From contig JBBSVM010000003.1 of the NCBI GenBank assembly GCA_038046785.1, positions 74,073 through 138,072 on the forward strand: DNA of 64,000 bases, written 5' to 3'. A program made the position numbers and the translations under genes. Below are positions 9,405 through 19,009 of the stretch, piece after piece; the stretch's first letter is position 1, and each line of letters begins with the position of its first letter. This DNA comes from Thermoplasmatota archaeon (GTDB lineage Archaea > Thermoplasmatota > E2 > JACPAO01 > JAHFTW01). A model generated the notes under the pieces. That model was not told where the DNA came from. It ran no database searches and was given only the letters and a program-made list of their open reading frames with translations.

Positions 9405-10712
9405 GTGGCAAGCGATTGGCGCCGCGTCCGCTCCGATTTCCCCATCACGCGCCGACGCATCCGCACCGCCGACGGCAAACTGCGCCCGCTCATTTTCCTG
9501 GACCACGGCGCGAGCACGCACGCCCCGCAGCCGGTGCTTGACGAGGTCGCCACGTTCTGCTCGACCCGCTACGCCAACGTCCACCGCGCCCACCACACGT
9601 TGAGCCAGGAAGCGAGCGCCGACTTCGAAGCGGCGTGCGAAACGATGGGACGCTTTGTCGGGGCGGATCCCGAGACGCAGCCGGTCGTCCTCGGCCACAA
9701 CACGACGCAGGTGCTCGACCTTGCCGCCCACCTCCTGGCTGGCCGGCGCGGCACCACGCTCACGACGCTCGCGGAGCACCACTCCAACGACCTGCCGCAC
9801 CGCCGCCGCGGCAAAACCCTGCACGCCGAAGTGGACGGAGAAGGACGCCTGCTTCTCGACAGCCTGGAGCAACAGCTGCAGAAAAACCGCGTCAAGCTGT
9901 TGACGGTGACCGGTGCCAGCAACGTGACTGGCCTCATGCCGCCCATCCACAAACTGGCCCGCCTCGCGCACGACAACGGCGCGCTCATTCTGGTGGATGC
10001 TGCGCAACTTCTGGCGCACGCCCCCATCGACGCGAAGCCGATGGACCATCCCGAGCATCTCGATTTGATTGCGGGTGCTGGCCACAAGGCATACGCCCCC
10101 TTCGGCTCCGCCTTCCTCGCCGCTCCAAGCAACCTGCTCGACGAGGCCCCACCCTACATGCCCGGCGGCGGCACGGTGCGCTGGGTGACGCGCCACGACG
10201 TCGCGTTCAAGGGCGGACCGGAGCGGCACATGGCAGGGACTCCCAACATCGTCGGCGCCATCGCCTTCGCCGCCGCCCTTCGCTACCTCGACCGCATCGG
10301 CATGGACGCGGTGCGCGACCACGAGGAAGAGCTGGTCCGCCTCGCCCTGCGCCGGTTCGCGGAACTGGAAGAGGCTGGCGTCCGGCTGCTTGGGCCCACG
10401 GGCGAGCAGGCGGCGCCGCACAAGGTGGGCGTGTTCGCCTTCACGATGCGGGGCGCGACGCACGGCGACGTCTCGGTCCGGCTCGACCGGGAACACGCCA
10501 TCGCCACCCGCAACGGCTGCTTCTGCGCGCAGCCGCTCCTCAACCATCTCCTCGAGCTTGGCGAGACCCCGGCATGGACGAAGGCTGCCGACCGCGGCCA
10601 GAACGTCGAGATTCCTGGCGCCACGCGGGCGACGCTCGGCCTCTACAACACGGCGGCCGAAGTCGAGGCGTTTGCGGATGCGCTGCGGGCCATGGCAAGC
10701 AGCCGAACCTGA
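9405..10712 (+). CDS. class-V aminotransferase / cysteine desulfurase-like PLP enzyme
   Basis: Start GTG at residue 345 of the listed 8373–10712 ORF; the upstream part is antisense to the ABC ATPase. N-terminus DWRRVRSDFPITRRRIRTADGKLRPLIFLDHGAST matches the RKDFP...YLDNAAT pattern. Candidate PLP lysine in IAGAGHKAY. Confidence 0.8.
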   Translation: MASDWRRVRSDFPITRRRIRTADGKLRPLIFLDHGASTHAPQPVLDEVATFCSTRYANVHRAHHTLSQEASADFEAACETMGRFVGADPETQPVVLGHNTTQVLDLAAHLLAGRRGTTLTTLAEHHSNDLPHRRRGKTLHAEVDGEGRLLLDSLEQQLQKNRVKLLTVTGASNVTGLMPPIHKLARLAHDNGALILVDAAQLLAHAPIDAKPMDHPEHLDLIAGAGHKAYAPFGSAFLAAPSNLLDEAPPYMPGGGTVRWVTRHDVAFKGGPERHMAGTPNIVGAIAFAAALRYLDRIGMDAVRDHEEELVRLALRRFAELEEAGVRLLGPTGEQAAPHKVGVFAFTMRGATHGDVSVRLDREHAIATRNGCFCAQPLLNHLLELGETPAWTKAADRGQNVEIPGATRATLGLYNTAAEVEAFADALRAMASSRT

Positions 10713-10754
10713 CCCCGCCGTTTTCTGCGGGTTCAGCGCCAGCGCTGCTGCGCT

Positions 10755-10904
10755 CTATGGAATCATGAAAAACTGCGGGTCGAGCCAGAGCTCGAAGCCG
10801 ACCTTGCAGGACGGGCAGGTGACCGGGTAGTCGGTGCGTCCCGCTTCGCGCGCCGGAACGTCGTGGGTCGCCATGTCGCCGCACTTCGGGCACTCCACGT
10901 CCAT
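10755..10904 (-). CDS. small zinc-ribbon protein (~49 aa), below the ORF-track size cutoff
   Basis: Hand translation gives MDVECPKCGDMATHDVPAREAGRTDYPVTCPSCKVGFELWLDPQFFMIP, with a CPxCG…CPxC pattern and strong GC3 codon bias typical of real genes here. Coordinates ±3 nt. Confidence 0.4.
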   Translation of the reverse strand: MDVECPKCGDMATHDVPAREAGRTDYPVTCPSCKVGFELWLDPQFFMIP

Positions 10905-11336
10905 GTACACGGCCGCTTCGACGGGGGGCCCTCATTTGGGGCTTGGGGTGGCAAACGTCAAGAGACGCTACGCGATTGGAGGGCCGTGTCTTGGCTTGTC
11001 GCGCCCGTTGTGGCGTTGGGAGCATCCTGTGCGGTGCTCGGCGTGCTGGCCTTGCGCGACATTGGTCGATTCCAGCACGAAGCGTTCGGCCACTACCGGC
11101 GCGCGGCGCTCTACATGCGCCTCGCCATTGCGTTCATGCTGCTCGTCCTGGTCTGGCTGCATGCGGACTGGTCGCGCTCGGGCGCGTGGGCGGCGGCCAC
11201 CGCATGGCCCGTCGAGGCGGCGGGCGTGACGGTCTGGCGCGGCTTGGCGCAAGCGAACATCGCGTTCATCTTCCTGGCGCTCATGGCACGCGAGCTGCGC
11301 CGCATCGTCACCGGCCCGCGCCCCGTCAAGCCTTGA
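10863..11336 (+). CDS. hypothetical small 3-TM membrane protein; start uncertain, probably an internal GTG near 10989
   Basis: Hydrophobic helices VSWLVAPVVALGASCAVLGVLAL, LAIAFMLLVLVWL and IAFIFLALMAREL. High GC3. The N-terminal portion of the listed ORF is antisense to the zinc-ribbon ORF. Confidence 0.35.
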   Translation: MGRHVAALRALHVHVHGRFDGGPSFGAWGGKRQETLRDWRAVSWLVAPVVALGASCAVLGVLALRDIGRFQHEAFGHYRRAALYMRLAIAFMLLVLVWLHADWSRSGAWAAATAWPVEAAGVTVWRGLAQANIAFIFLALMARELRRIVTGPRPVKP

Positions 11337-12219
11337 CGGCACGGCTCTGCACCCAGAGATACGCCGTGACGCTGGCGAGGACAACGCCCAGCCCGATGAG
11401 TTGCTGCGGAGAGAATTGGTCGCCAAACAACAGCCAAGCAAAGAGCGCGGTGAATCCCAGTTCCGCCCCCACCAGGAGGTTGACCTGGCCGGCCGGGGCG
11501 CGCTGCAGGGCGGCGTTGAACAGGATGAAAGCGGCGAGGCTCGGGAAGGCGACGTAGAGCGCCATCCACCCCCAAGTGGCCACGTCCTGCTGCAAAAGGG
11601 CGGGCGGCCCTTCGACAACCAGGGCGAGGCCGTAGAAGTAGAGGGTTCCGAGCAGGAACGATGCCCCCATGAGCGGCTTGAGCGGGATGTCCGGTGCGGC
11701 GCGGCGCAGGGCGACCGTGTAGTAGGCCCAGACAATGGCGGAGCCAACCGCAAGCGCCATGCCGACCGCGCTGAAGCCGCTGGCCGGTGCCGCAAGGCCA
11801 AACAGCGCAACGTAACCTCCGACGAGGAGGCCGACCGCGGCAGGAGCGAACGACCATCCGACCCGTTCCGCAAGCAGCATCCGCGCCAGAACGGCAGTCC
11901 AGAGCGGCGCCGTGTAGAAGCCGAGTGTCGCAAAGGTTGCGGGCAGCGTGGTGAGGCTGTAGAGGAAGAGCGTTAGGCTGACGTTGGCGAGCAGATTGAC
12001 CCAGAGCACCTTCGGATTGCGCAGAAGCCGGAAGGAGTCACGGATTCCATGGCGGCCAAGAAACGGCATGAGGACCAGCGTCGCGATGGCAAACCGGACC
12101 GCGTTGAGCCCCAGAGGATGGAAGTCGGCAAGAAGGTGCTTGCCCACGGGCGAGAGCAAACCCCACGACGCATAGGCACCAAACGCCAGCAGGATGCCGA
12201 ACCGGGCGCGGCTCGTCAT
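11326..12219 (-). CDS. EamA/DMT-family transporter (10 TM)
   Basis: Real start MTSRARFGILLAFGAYASWGLLSPVGKHLL, internal to the listed ORF 11326–12690. Its ATG overlaps the upstream gene's stop (ATGA). Confidence 0.8.
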   Translation of the reverse strand: MTSRARFGILLAFGAYASWGLLSPVGKHLLADFHPLGLNAVRFAIATLVLMPFLGRHGIRDSFRLLRNPKVLWVNLLANVSLTLFLYSLTTLPATFATLGFYTAPLWTAVLARMLLAERVGWSFAPAAVGLLVGGYVALFGLAAPASGFSAVGMALAVGSAIVWAYYTVALRRAAPDIPLKPLMGASFLLGTLYFYGLALVVEGPPALLQQDVATWGWMALYVAFPSLAAFILFNAALQRAPAGQVNLLVGAELGFTALFAWLLFGDQFSPQQLIGLGVVLASVTAYLWVQSRAVKA

Positions 12220-14681
12220 TGCAGCTTGTGCATCTCGGTCAATTCGGGCCGCATGCCCTCGAGCGCCGCGGGGAGGGCGATGCCCGCGATGGGGCTGTTC
12301 ATGCTGAGCGTCTGTTCCTGCTTGCGCTTCCAGACGTCGGAGTTGAAGGCGACGACCGCCTCCGTCAGCGCCGGCGCGGCGGCAAGGCCGAGCGGCGCGG
12401 GGAAGCGCTCGTGGTGGACCTCGGCGCCGTAGACCGCCTTCGTGTAGCAGTGGCTGGAGAACGGCGCGATGGGGGCCAACAGGCGCAGCACAGTTCGCAC
12501 GACGTGATGCAGCGTCCAGCAAGCGGCCGGGTCGCCGAGGTAGGCGCGCCCCTTCACCATCTCCAAGTAGTGCGGAGCAAAGGTGTTCCAGACGAACGAG
12601 CGCACGCCATTGGCGGGCGTGAAGAAATCCAGCTCCTTGTACGCGGCGGTGGCGGAGGCGACGACGGCGTCGAGTTCGCCCAGAATCCACTCGTCGGCAG
12701 GCGCGAGCTTGGCGGGCCGCGACGACGGTTGCGCAAAGCGGCCGACGAAACCGCAGACGTTGGCGAGCTTCTGCAGGAACTTGCCCATGCCCGCGATTTT
12801 CTCCTCGTTGATGCGGAAGTCGTCGCCGACGGTGGACTCGCCGGCGATCCAGAGCCGGAAGGCGTCGCTGCCGACCTTCTTGATGACCTCGTCGGGGTCA
12901 ATGACGTTGCCCAGGGACTTGCTCATCTTGCGGCCCTGCTTGTCCATGCCGAGGCCGGTGATCCAGGCGTGCTGGAAGGCGCGTTCCGGGACCTTGCCGG
13001 TGGCGTGGTGGAGCAGGTACGACTTGAGCGTCGTGTAGTAGAGCCAGGTGCGCACGATGTCGCGGCCCTGCGGGCGGACCGAGCAGACGAAGTCCTTCGC
13101 CCACGGCTTGTTGCGGTGGTCCTTGAGGATGTAGAGATTCGACACGGAGGAGTCCATCCAGGTGTCGAACACCTTCTGCTCGCCGACGATTGTGTGACCG
13201 TTGTTCTTGGCGAGGTAGCCGGCAACGTCGCCGAGGTCAGCGCGCGTGATGCGATGCAGGACGCGGCTTCCGGCCGGCGGCTGCTCCGTCCAGGGGCGGA
13301 AGTAGGTTGCAGCCTGCTGGCTCGACGGTGGCACAACGACGGCGTTGGTCTCTTTGCCTGCGGCGTCCACGACGTGCCAGAGCGGGATTTCCGTGTGGTA
13401 CCAGCGCCGGCGGGAAATCGGCCAGTCGATGGTGACGGTGTCAATCCAATCGAGCAGGAGCTGCCGGTGCTTGGGTGGGTGGAACTCCATCTCACCCGCA
13501 AGGCGGCGCAGGTCGGAGGTCGCATGCGTCTGCTTGACGTACCATTCTTTGAGAAGAATCAGTTCGACGGCGGCGCCGGAGCGTTCCGACTTGGGGAACT
13601 TCTGGTCCACTTCTTTGTGGCCCGCCATGAGGCCGGCGGCCTCCAGGATTTCGATGGCTTTCTTGCGAGCCTCTTCGACCTTGAGGCCGGCGAGGGGCCC
13701 CGCGACAGGCTGCAGTTTGCCATCCATGCCGATGGCGGCGATGGGCTCGAGCTCGAGTTCGCGGAACAGGCCGACGTCCGCCTGGTCGCCGTACGAGCAG
13801 ACCATCATGATGCCGGAACCGAAGTCTACCTTGACGTGAGGGTGGGCGCGAATCGGCACCACATCGTCGCCGGCCGCTCGTCCGTGGACCCCGGCGGGGA
13901 GGATGGCGTGCTTGCCGACGAGATGCTTCGTGGCGGCGTTGTCTGGGTGGACGAGGACGGCGCGGCAGGCGGCGATGAGTTCGGGGCGCGTCGTGGAGAT
14001 GACGATGGATTCGCCCGTCTCCTTGACGGTCCACTGGACGTCGTTGAGCCGCGTCTTGCGCTCCTCGTAGAAGATGTCGGCGTCGGCGATCGCAGTGCCG
14101 AGCTTGGGGTCGTAGGCGTTCGGGCGCAGATCCTCGACGATGAGCCCTTTCGCGAAGAGGTCGAGAAAGCAGGCCTGGCTGAAGGCGCGGTACTCCGGAG
14201 CGTCGGTGGCGTAGCTGTGCGGGCCGCTGTACTCGGCGCTGAGGCCGACGCGCTGCGCGATGCGCACCATGTCGTCGCTGTACTGCTGAATCTCGACGGC
14301 GCAGGCGGCGTTGAATGCGGCGCGGCCGCCGGGGTAGTCCTGCATGCGCTTGCCGGACTTCTTCTCCAACGTGAGCTCGATGTTGATGCCGTTGCGGTCC
14401 ACACCCCACGGGAACAGAACGTCGAAACCCTCCATCCGCTTGGCGCGGGCAATCATGTCGATGAGCGAGTAGCCCGCGACGGCGCCGATGTGCCACTTCC
14501 CCGACGGGTAGGGCGGCGGCGTGTCGATGGTCCAGACCGGCTTCTTGCCGTCGCCGATGAACGGGATGGGGCGCGCCGCCAACTCCGCCGCGATCTGCGC
14601 CTCCATCTCCACGGACCATTTTGGAAGGACCGGCCCAGCGGCTGGAGCCGGGGGCGATGTCAGTGCGGCCGGGGTTGTCAT
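12216..14681 (-). CDS. valS: class-I aminoacyl-tRNA synthetase, most like valyl-tRNA synthetase
   Basis: KMSKSLGNVIDP, PPPYPSGKWHIGAVAGY (a HIGH-region variant), IARAKRMEGFDVLFPWGVDRNGI, DTWMDSS. Start taken at MTTPAALTSP...KWSVEME. The listed ORF 12216–15146 has a junk N-extension. Confidence 0.7.
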   Translation of the reverse strand: MTTPAALTSPPAPAAGPVLPKWSVEMEAQIAAELAARPIPFIGDGKKPVWTIDTPPPYPSGKWHIGAVAGYSLIDMIARAKRMEGFDVLFPWGVDRNGINIELTLEKKSGKRMQDYPGGRAAFNAACAVEIQQYSDDMVRIAQRVGLSAEYSGPHSYATDAPEYRAFSQACFLDLFAKGLIVEDLRPNAYDPKLGTAIADADIFYEERKTRLNDVQWTVKETGESIVISTTRPELIAACRAVLVHPDNAATKHLVGKHAILPAGVHGRAAGDDVVPIRAHPHVKVDFGSGIMMVCSYGDQADVGLFRELELEPIAAIGMDGKLQPVAGPLAGLKVEEARKKAIEILEAAGLMAGHKEVDQKFPKSERSGAAVELILLKEWYVKQTHATSDLRRLAGEMEFHPPKHRQLLLDWIDTVTIDWPISRRRWYHTEIPLWHVVDAAGKETNAVVVPPSSQQAATYFRPWTEQPPAGSRVLHRITRADLGDVAGYLAKNNGHTIVGEQKVFDTWMDSSVSNLYILKDHRNKPWAKDFVCSVRPQGRDIVRTWLYYTTLKSYLLHHATGKVPERAFQHAWITGLGMDKQGRKMSKSLGNVIDPDEVIKKVGSDAFRLWIAGESTVGDDFRINEEKIAGMGKFLQKLANVCGFVGRFAQPSSRPAKLAPADEWILGELDAVVASATAAYKELDFFTPANGVRSFVWNTFAPHYLEMVKGRAYLGDPAACWTLHHVVRTVLRLLAPIAPFSSHCYTKAVYGAEVHHERFPAPLGLAAAPALTEAVVAFNSDVWKRKQEQTLSMNSPIAGIALPAALEGMRPELTEMHKLQ

Positions 14682-14796
14682 CGTGCGGCCGACAGGAGTC
14701 CTGTTCTTGGGGGTTGCGAAGAGAAGGAGCACCTGAATCAAGCCAGCGCTCCAGATAATCTTTTTATGCTTGCCCGCTCCCCAGGGTTTGAAGACC

Positions 14797-15693
14797 ATGC
14801 GCGGCACCTTCGTACTCTCGCTGGTCCTGGTGGTTGCGATGTCGCTTGCGGGCTGCTCCGGCGGTTCCGACGACTCCAGCTCCACGGACCCCTCAAACAC
14901 CTCGACCGGCAGCAAGGCCGTCAACGGCACGAAGGGCCCGAAGCCCATCGTCAACGCCACCCCCAACCTGCCCCCGCTCCTCGTGCTCTCGGTCACGAAC
15001 GAGACCGGCGCCCCGACCACTTCCGCGCTCATCCTGGAGGAGACGCGCAACAAGGGCAACCTCACCTTCTCCGCCGTCGGCTCGAAGGACCAGGACGCCG
15101 ATGGCCTCTCCGCCGTCGCCATCACGGTCTCCGACGCCAACCGCACCTACCCGCCCGGCGTCCTCTTTGCCGGCGGCGTGTTCACCTCGGTCACCTACAG
15201 CTTCGACCGCGCCGGCCCCGTGAATGTCACCGTCTCCGGCATCGATGTCCGCGGCGACGTCACCACGCTGCGCACGAACGTCTTCATCAACCTGCAGGAC
15301 AGCCTGGCCGGAGTTCCGTTCAAGCTCTCGGGCACCACGGCAGGCGGCGACCCAACCGAGTGCAAGGGCCCCACCGACAACGAGCTCGTGAACGGCAACA
15401 TGGCGGACGACCGCAAGTTCACCACCGAGCGCGGAACCTCCTACATCACAGCGAAGGTTGTCTCCGGCGAGGCTGAGATTGCCATCTGCGCCCCTGACGG
15501 CACCGCCATCAGCGCGGCCGGAACCGAAGTGACCAGCAACGCAGGCACGGTGTTCGTGCCGACCGTGGGTGACCAGCAATACTTCATCATGGTCATCTCG
15601 GACGGTGTTGGAAGCCCGACCGCCCTGGCCGACGGCAACAACGTCGTCGTCGATGTGGTCGTCCACTTTGAGGCGCCGCCCGCCGCCGCCTAA
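14797..15693 (+). CDS. exported S/T-rich glycoprotein-like lipoprotein with PKD-like and PPC-like domains
   Basis: MRGTFVLSLVLVVAMSLAGCSG (lipobox). Many N-x-S/T sequons. A TATA-like tttttatg lies ~30 nt upstream. Confidence 0.65.
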   Translation: MRGTFVLSLVLVVAMSLAGCSGGSDDSSSTDPSNTSTGSKAVNGTKGPKPIVNATPNLPPLLVLSVTNETGAPTTSALILEETRNKGNLTFSAVGSKDQDADGLSAVAITVSDANRTYPPGVLFAGGVFTSVTYSFDRAGPVNVTVSGIDVRGDVTTLRTNVFINLQDSLAGVPFKLSGTTAGGDPTECKGPTDNELVNGNMADDRKFTTERGTSYITAKVVSGEAEIAICAPDGTAISAAGTEVTSNAGTVFVPTVGDQQYFIMVISDGVGSPTALADGNNVVVDVVVHFEAPPAAA

Positions 15694-15706
15694 ACCGGCG
15701 CACTCC

Positions 15707-15770
15707 GACCTTCCCTCTCCCCCTTTCCCCTCCCTTCCTTTTCTCGGTTTTCTCCTGTTGCCTTCTGGAT
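15707..15770 (+). repeat. ~60-nt polypyrimidine (CT) tract upstream of korA
   Basis: ccttccctctccccctttcccctcccttccttttctcggttttctcctgttgccttctgg in a 68% GC genome. Confidence 0.7.
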
Positions 15771-15804
15771 ACCTTTTCATAGCGCGCCCCCTGGCCCATC
15801 TGCC

Positions 15805-17664
15805 ATGGGACGCGTTTCCGCGATGATTGGTGGAGAGGCCGGCTTCGGCATCATGTCGAGCGGCGAATTGCTGGCCAAGTGCCTGGTGCATGGCGGCCTG
15901 CACGTCTACACGAACATCGAGTACCCCTCGCTGATTCGCGGTGGCCACAACGCCATCCACGTTACCGCCTCGGACGAATACATCACCAGCTACTACCCTG
16001 AACTGCAGTGCCTCATCGCTCTCAACAAGGAGACCATCGACCTCCACATCAAGGACGTCGTGAAGGGCGGCGTCGTGGTGTACGACGGCGACGATGCGGC
16101 CTTCGCTGGCCAAGACGTTGCCGCGACCTACGCGGAACCCACCAAGCGCGGCGTGCTTTTCCTCAACGTGCCTCTCAAGAAGCTCTCCGAGGCGGCGGGC
16201 GGCGCCATCACGAAAAACACGGTCGCCGTCGGCGCGATGATGAGCTTCATCGGCTACCCCTTCCACTTCATCCAGGAAGGGCTCGAGGAGACCTTCGGCA
16301 AGAAGGGCGGCGACATCATCACGATGAACGTCACCGCCGCCAAGTCCGGCTTCGACTACGTCGCCACGCACTACGCGGACAAGGTCGTCCACCCGGTCAA
16401 GGTGCACAAGGACGCCCCCAAGCGCATGATGATCTCGGGCAACCAGTCCACCGCGCTCGGCCTCATCCAGGGCGGCTGCAAATTCTACGCCGCCTACCCG
16501 ATGACGCCGGCGACCGCGATTCTCCAAACCATCATCCAGCACGGCGAGGCGTACGGCGTCGTCGCCAAGCAGACCGAAGACGAGCTGGCGGCCGGCCTCA
16601 TGGCGATTGGCGCCAACTACGCCGGTGTGCGCGCCGCCTGCGGCACCTCCGGCGGCGGCTTCTCGCTCATGGTGGAAGGCCTCGGCCTCGCCGCCATCGC
16701 GGAAGTCCCGATGGTCTACGTCGATGTGCAGCGCGCCGGCCCCGCGACGGGCCTGCCCACCTGGAGCGGCCAGGGCGACTTGCGCTTCCTCCTGCACGCC
16801 AGCCAGGACGAGTTCCCGCGCTTCGTCATCGCCCCCGGAGACACCAAGGAAGCGTTCTACTGTGCCTTCGAAGCGATGAACCTCGCCGAGATGTTCCAGG
16901 TCCCGGTCCTCTTGATGACCGACAAGAACCTCGCCGAGCACCACCAGACCTGGGAGCCCTACACCACCACGGGCCTGGTCATCAACCGCGGCAAGCTCCT
17001 GAAGGAAGGCGAGGCCAAAGTGGACCCGTCCTACCGCAAGTTCCCTCGCCTCGAGTTCACCGCCGACGGCGTCTCGCCCCGCACCATCCCAGGCCAGACC
17101 GGCGGCATGCACACCATGGCTTCCGATGAGCAGGACCGCTTCGGCGACATCACGGAGGACCCGACGAACCGCACGAACCGCCACCTCAAGCGCTTCGCGA
17201 AGATGGCCGGCATGGCCAAGGCGCTGCCGCCGCCCAAGTTCTTCACCTGGGCCAACGGCGTCGTCGTCGAGGACAAGCACCCCGAGCAGAGCCAGGTCAC
17301 CCTCGTCTGCTGGGGCGGCACCAAGGGACCCGCCATCGAGTCGCTCAAGCTACTGCACGCCGCCGGCATCAAGGCGAATGTCCTGCACGTCGTCTACATC
17401 TGGCCCTTCCCCAAGGAGTCGCTCGAAGCCATGCTGGAACAGTGCAAGCACACCATCATGGTGGAAGCGAACCACCTCGGCCAGCTCGAGGGGCTCATCC
17501 GTGAGATGCTGCTGCGCGGCTGCGACGCCCGTATCCACAAGATCGACGGCCGCCCCTTCAACCCCATCCAGCTCTACCGCGACGTGATGAAGATCGTGAA
17601 GTCCAACTTCACCGACGTCATGAGCATCGCGACCGAATCGTACGCCCAACTGGAGGCCAAGTGA
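15805..17664 (+). CDS. korA: 2-oxoacid:ferredoxin oxidoreductase alpha subunit (fused gamma-alpha type)
   Basis: 619 aa; the N-terminal gamma-like and the alpha pyrimidine-binding domains are typical of the archaeal two-subunit OFOR. Confidence 0.9.
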   Translation: MGRVSAMIGGEAGFGIMSSGELLAKCLVHGGLHVYTNIEYPSLIRGGHNAIHVTASDEYITSYYPELQCLIALNKETIDLHIKDVVKGGVVVYDGDDAAFAGQDVAATYAEPTKRGVLFLNVPLKKLSEAAGGAITKNTVAVGAMMSFIGYPFHFIQEGLEETFGKKGGDIITMNVTAAKSGFDYVATHYADKVVHPVKVHKDAPKRMMISGNQSTALGLIQGGCKFYAAYPMTPATAILQTIIQHGEAYGVVAKQTEDELAAGLMAIGANYAGVRAACGTSGGGFSLMVEGLGLAAIAEVPMVYVDVQRAGPATGLPTWSGQGDLRFLLHASQDEFPRFVIAPGDTKEAFYCAFEAMNLAEMFQVPVLLMTDKNLAEHHQTWEPYTTTGLVINRGKLLKEGEAKVDPSYRKFPRLEFTADGVSPRTIPGQTGGMHTMASDEQDRFGDITEDPTNRTNRHLKRFAKMAGMAKALPPPKFFTWANGVVVEDKHPEQSQVTLVCWGGTKGPAIESLKLLHAAGIKANVLHVVYIWPFPKESLEAMLEQCKHTIMVEANHLGQLEGLIREMLLRGCDARIHKIDGRPFNPIQLYRDVMKIVKSNFTDVMSIATESYAQLEAK

Positions 17665-18545
17665 TGTCTGCCCAACTGCCCGTGACCCCGGTCACGATGA
17701 AGGACTACAACACGGAGAACAAGCCCGACTGGTGCCCCGGCTGCGGCGACTTCGGCATTCTCAACTCGCTCAAGAAGGCCCTCGTCGATTTGCAGAAGCA
17801 GCCGCATGAGGTCACCGTCATCGCCGGCATCGGCTGCTCCTCGAAGCTGCCGCACTGGCTCAACGCGTACGGCTTCCACACCCTGCACGGCCGCGCCCTG
17901 CCCATCGCAACGGCGGTCCGCCTGGCCAACACGAAGAACGACGTCATCGTCATCTCCGGCGACGGCGACGGCTACGGCATCGGCGTTGGCCACCTCGTGC
18001 ACGCCGCCCGCCGCAACGTGAACATCACGATGCTGGCGCACAACAACCAGATTTACGGCCTCACCACCGGCCAGGCGAGCCCGACGACGGACCTCGGCCA
18101 CAAGACCAAGACGACGCCGAAGGGCAACTTCGAGGCGCCGCTCAACCCGATGACGCTCGCCATCGCGTGCGGCGCCGGCATGGTCGCCCGCAGCAGCGCT
18201 GGCGACCCGAAGCACCTCACCGAGACCATCAAGGAGGCCATGCAGTACCGCGGCTTCTCGCTCATCGACATTCTGCAGCCCTGTGTCACCTTCAACAAAA
18301 TCAACACCTACGCCTGGTACAAGGAGCAGGCCACCAAGCTGCCCGCCGACTGGGACCCGACCGACAAGGCAAAGGCGTTCGAGATGGCGCTCAAGTGGGG
18401 CCACAACGACATCGCCCTTGGCACCCTCTACAAGAACACGAAGCTCCCGACGCTCGAGGACGCCTACCCTTGGCTCGTCGAGAAGCCGCTCGTCCACCAC
18501 GACCTGCGCGTCGACGTGACGAAGAGCCTCAACAGTTACCTGTAG
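17661..18545 (+). CDS. korB: 2-oxoacid:ferredoxin oxidoreductase beta subunit (TPP-binding)
   Basis: CPGCGDFGIL and a GDGDGYGIG TPP motif. Its start overlaps the korA stop. Confidence 0.9.
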   Translation: MMSAQLPVTPVTMKDYNTENKPDWCPGCGDFGILNSLKKALVDLQKQPHEVTVIAGIGCSSKLPHWLNAYGFHTLHGRALPIATAVRLANTKNDVIVISGDGDGYGIGVGHLVHAARRNVNITMLAHNNQIYGLTTGQASPTTDLGHKTKTTPKGNFEAPLNPMTLAIACGAGMVARSSAGDPKHLTETIKEAMQYRGFSLIDILQPCVTFNKINTYAWYKEQATKLPADWDPTDKAKAFEMALKWGHNDIALGTLYKNTKLPTLEDAYPWLVEKPLVHHDLRVDVTKSLNSYL

Positions 18546-18546
18546 G

Positions 18547-19008
18547 ATGCCGGCGCCCACCGCCGAAGCCCCGCTGCGCTACCACTGGCTGCGCCTGCGT
18601 GCCGTGGCGCACCCCACCGAAGCGGTGGAGAAGGTGGCGGCTGCGGTCCGGTTCGTGGCGGGTGTCGACGCGGCGCCGCAGGAGACCATTCTTGAGACGC
18701 ACCACGGCCTGCCGCAGCACGTTCTCGAGGTGGCCCTGGAGCGCTCTCGCGACGTGCGCGACCTGCTTGGACGGCTCCTCGCCCTACCCGGAGCGCGCGA
18801 CAAACTGCGAGCCGAACTGGAGGCGCGCGTGGACGACGACGGGCTCTTTTTCGTGCGCTTCGACAAACAAGAGGCGTACGCGGGACGGCTCGTTGTGACG
18901 AGCAGCGAGGACTGCGTCCAGATTCGCCTCAAGACAGAATCTTACCCCTCCGGACGTGCTGCGGCCATCCGAGATTTGACACGGCTTCTCGAATCGGGGA
19001 AACCGTGA
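18547..19008 (+). CDS. DUF54/UPF0201-like putative RNA-binding protein (COG1325-like); family assignment tentative
   Basis: 153 aa. HPTEAVEKV motif and RVDDDGLFFVRFDKQEAYAGRLVV. Its last 29 aa are duplicated downstream. Confidence 0.55.
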   Translation: MPAPTAEAPLRYHWLRLRAVAHPTEAVEKVAAAVRFVAGVDAAPQETILETHHGLPQHVLEVALERSRDVRDLLGRLLALPGARDKLRAELEARVDDDGLFFVRFDKQEAYAGRLVVTSSEDCVQIRLKTESYPSGRAAAIRDLTRLLESGKP

Positions 19009-19009
19009 G

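Noticed and set aside
12219-15476. 1085-aa plus-strand ORF
   Set aside because: Antisense to the valyl-tRNA-synthetase-like gene. R/G/D-rich composition, no domains. A typical long spurious ORF of a 68% GC sequence.
14893-17280. 795-aa minus-strand ORF
   Set aside because: Antisense to korA and the lipoprotein gene. Low-complexity G/R/A/D-rich.
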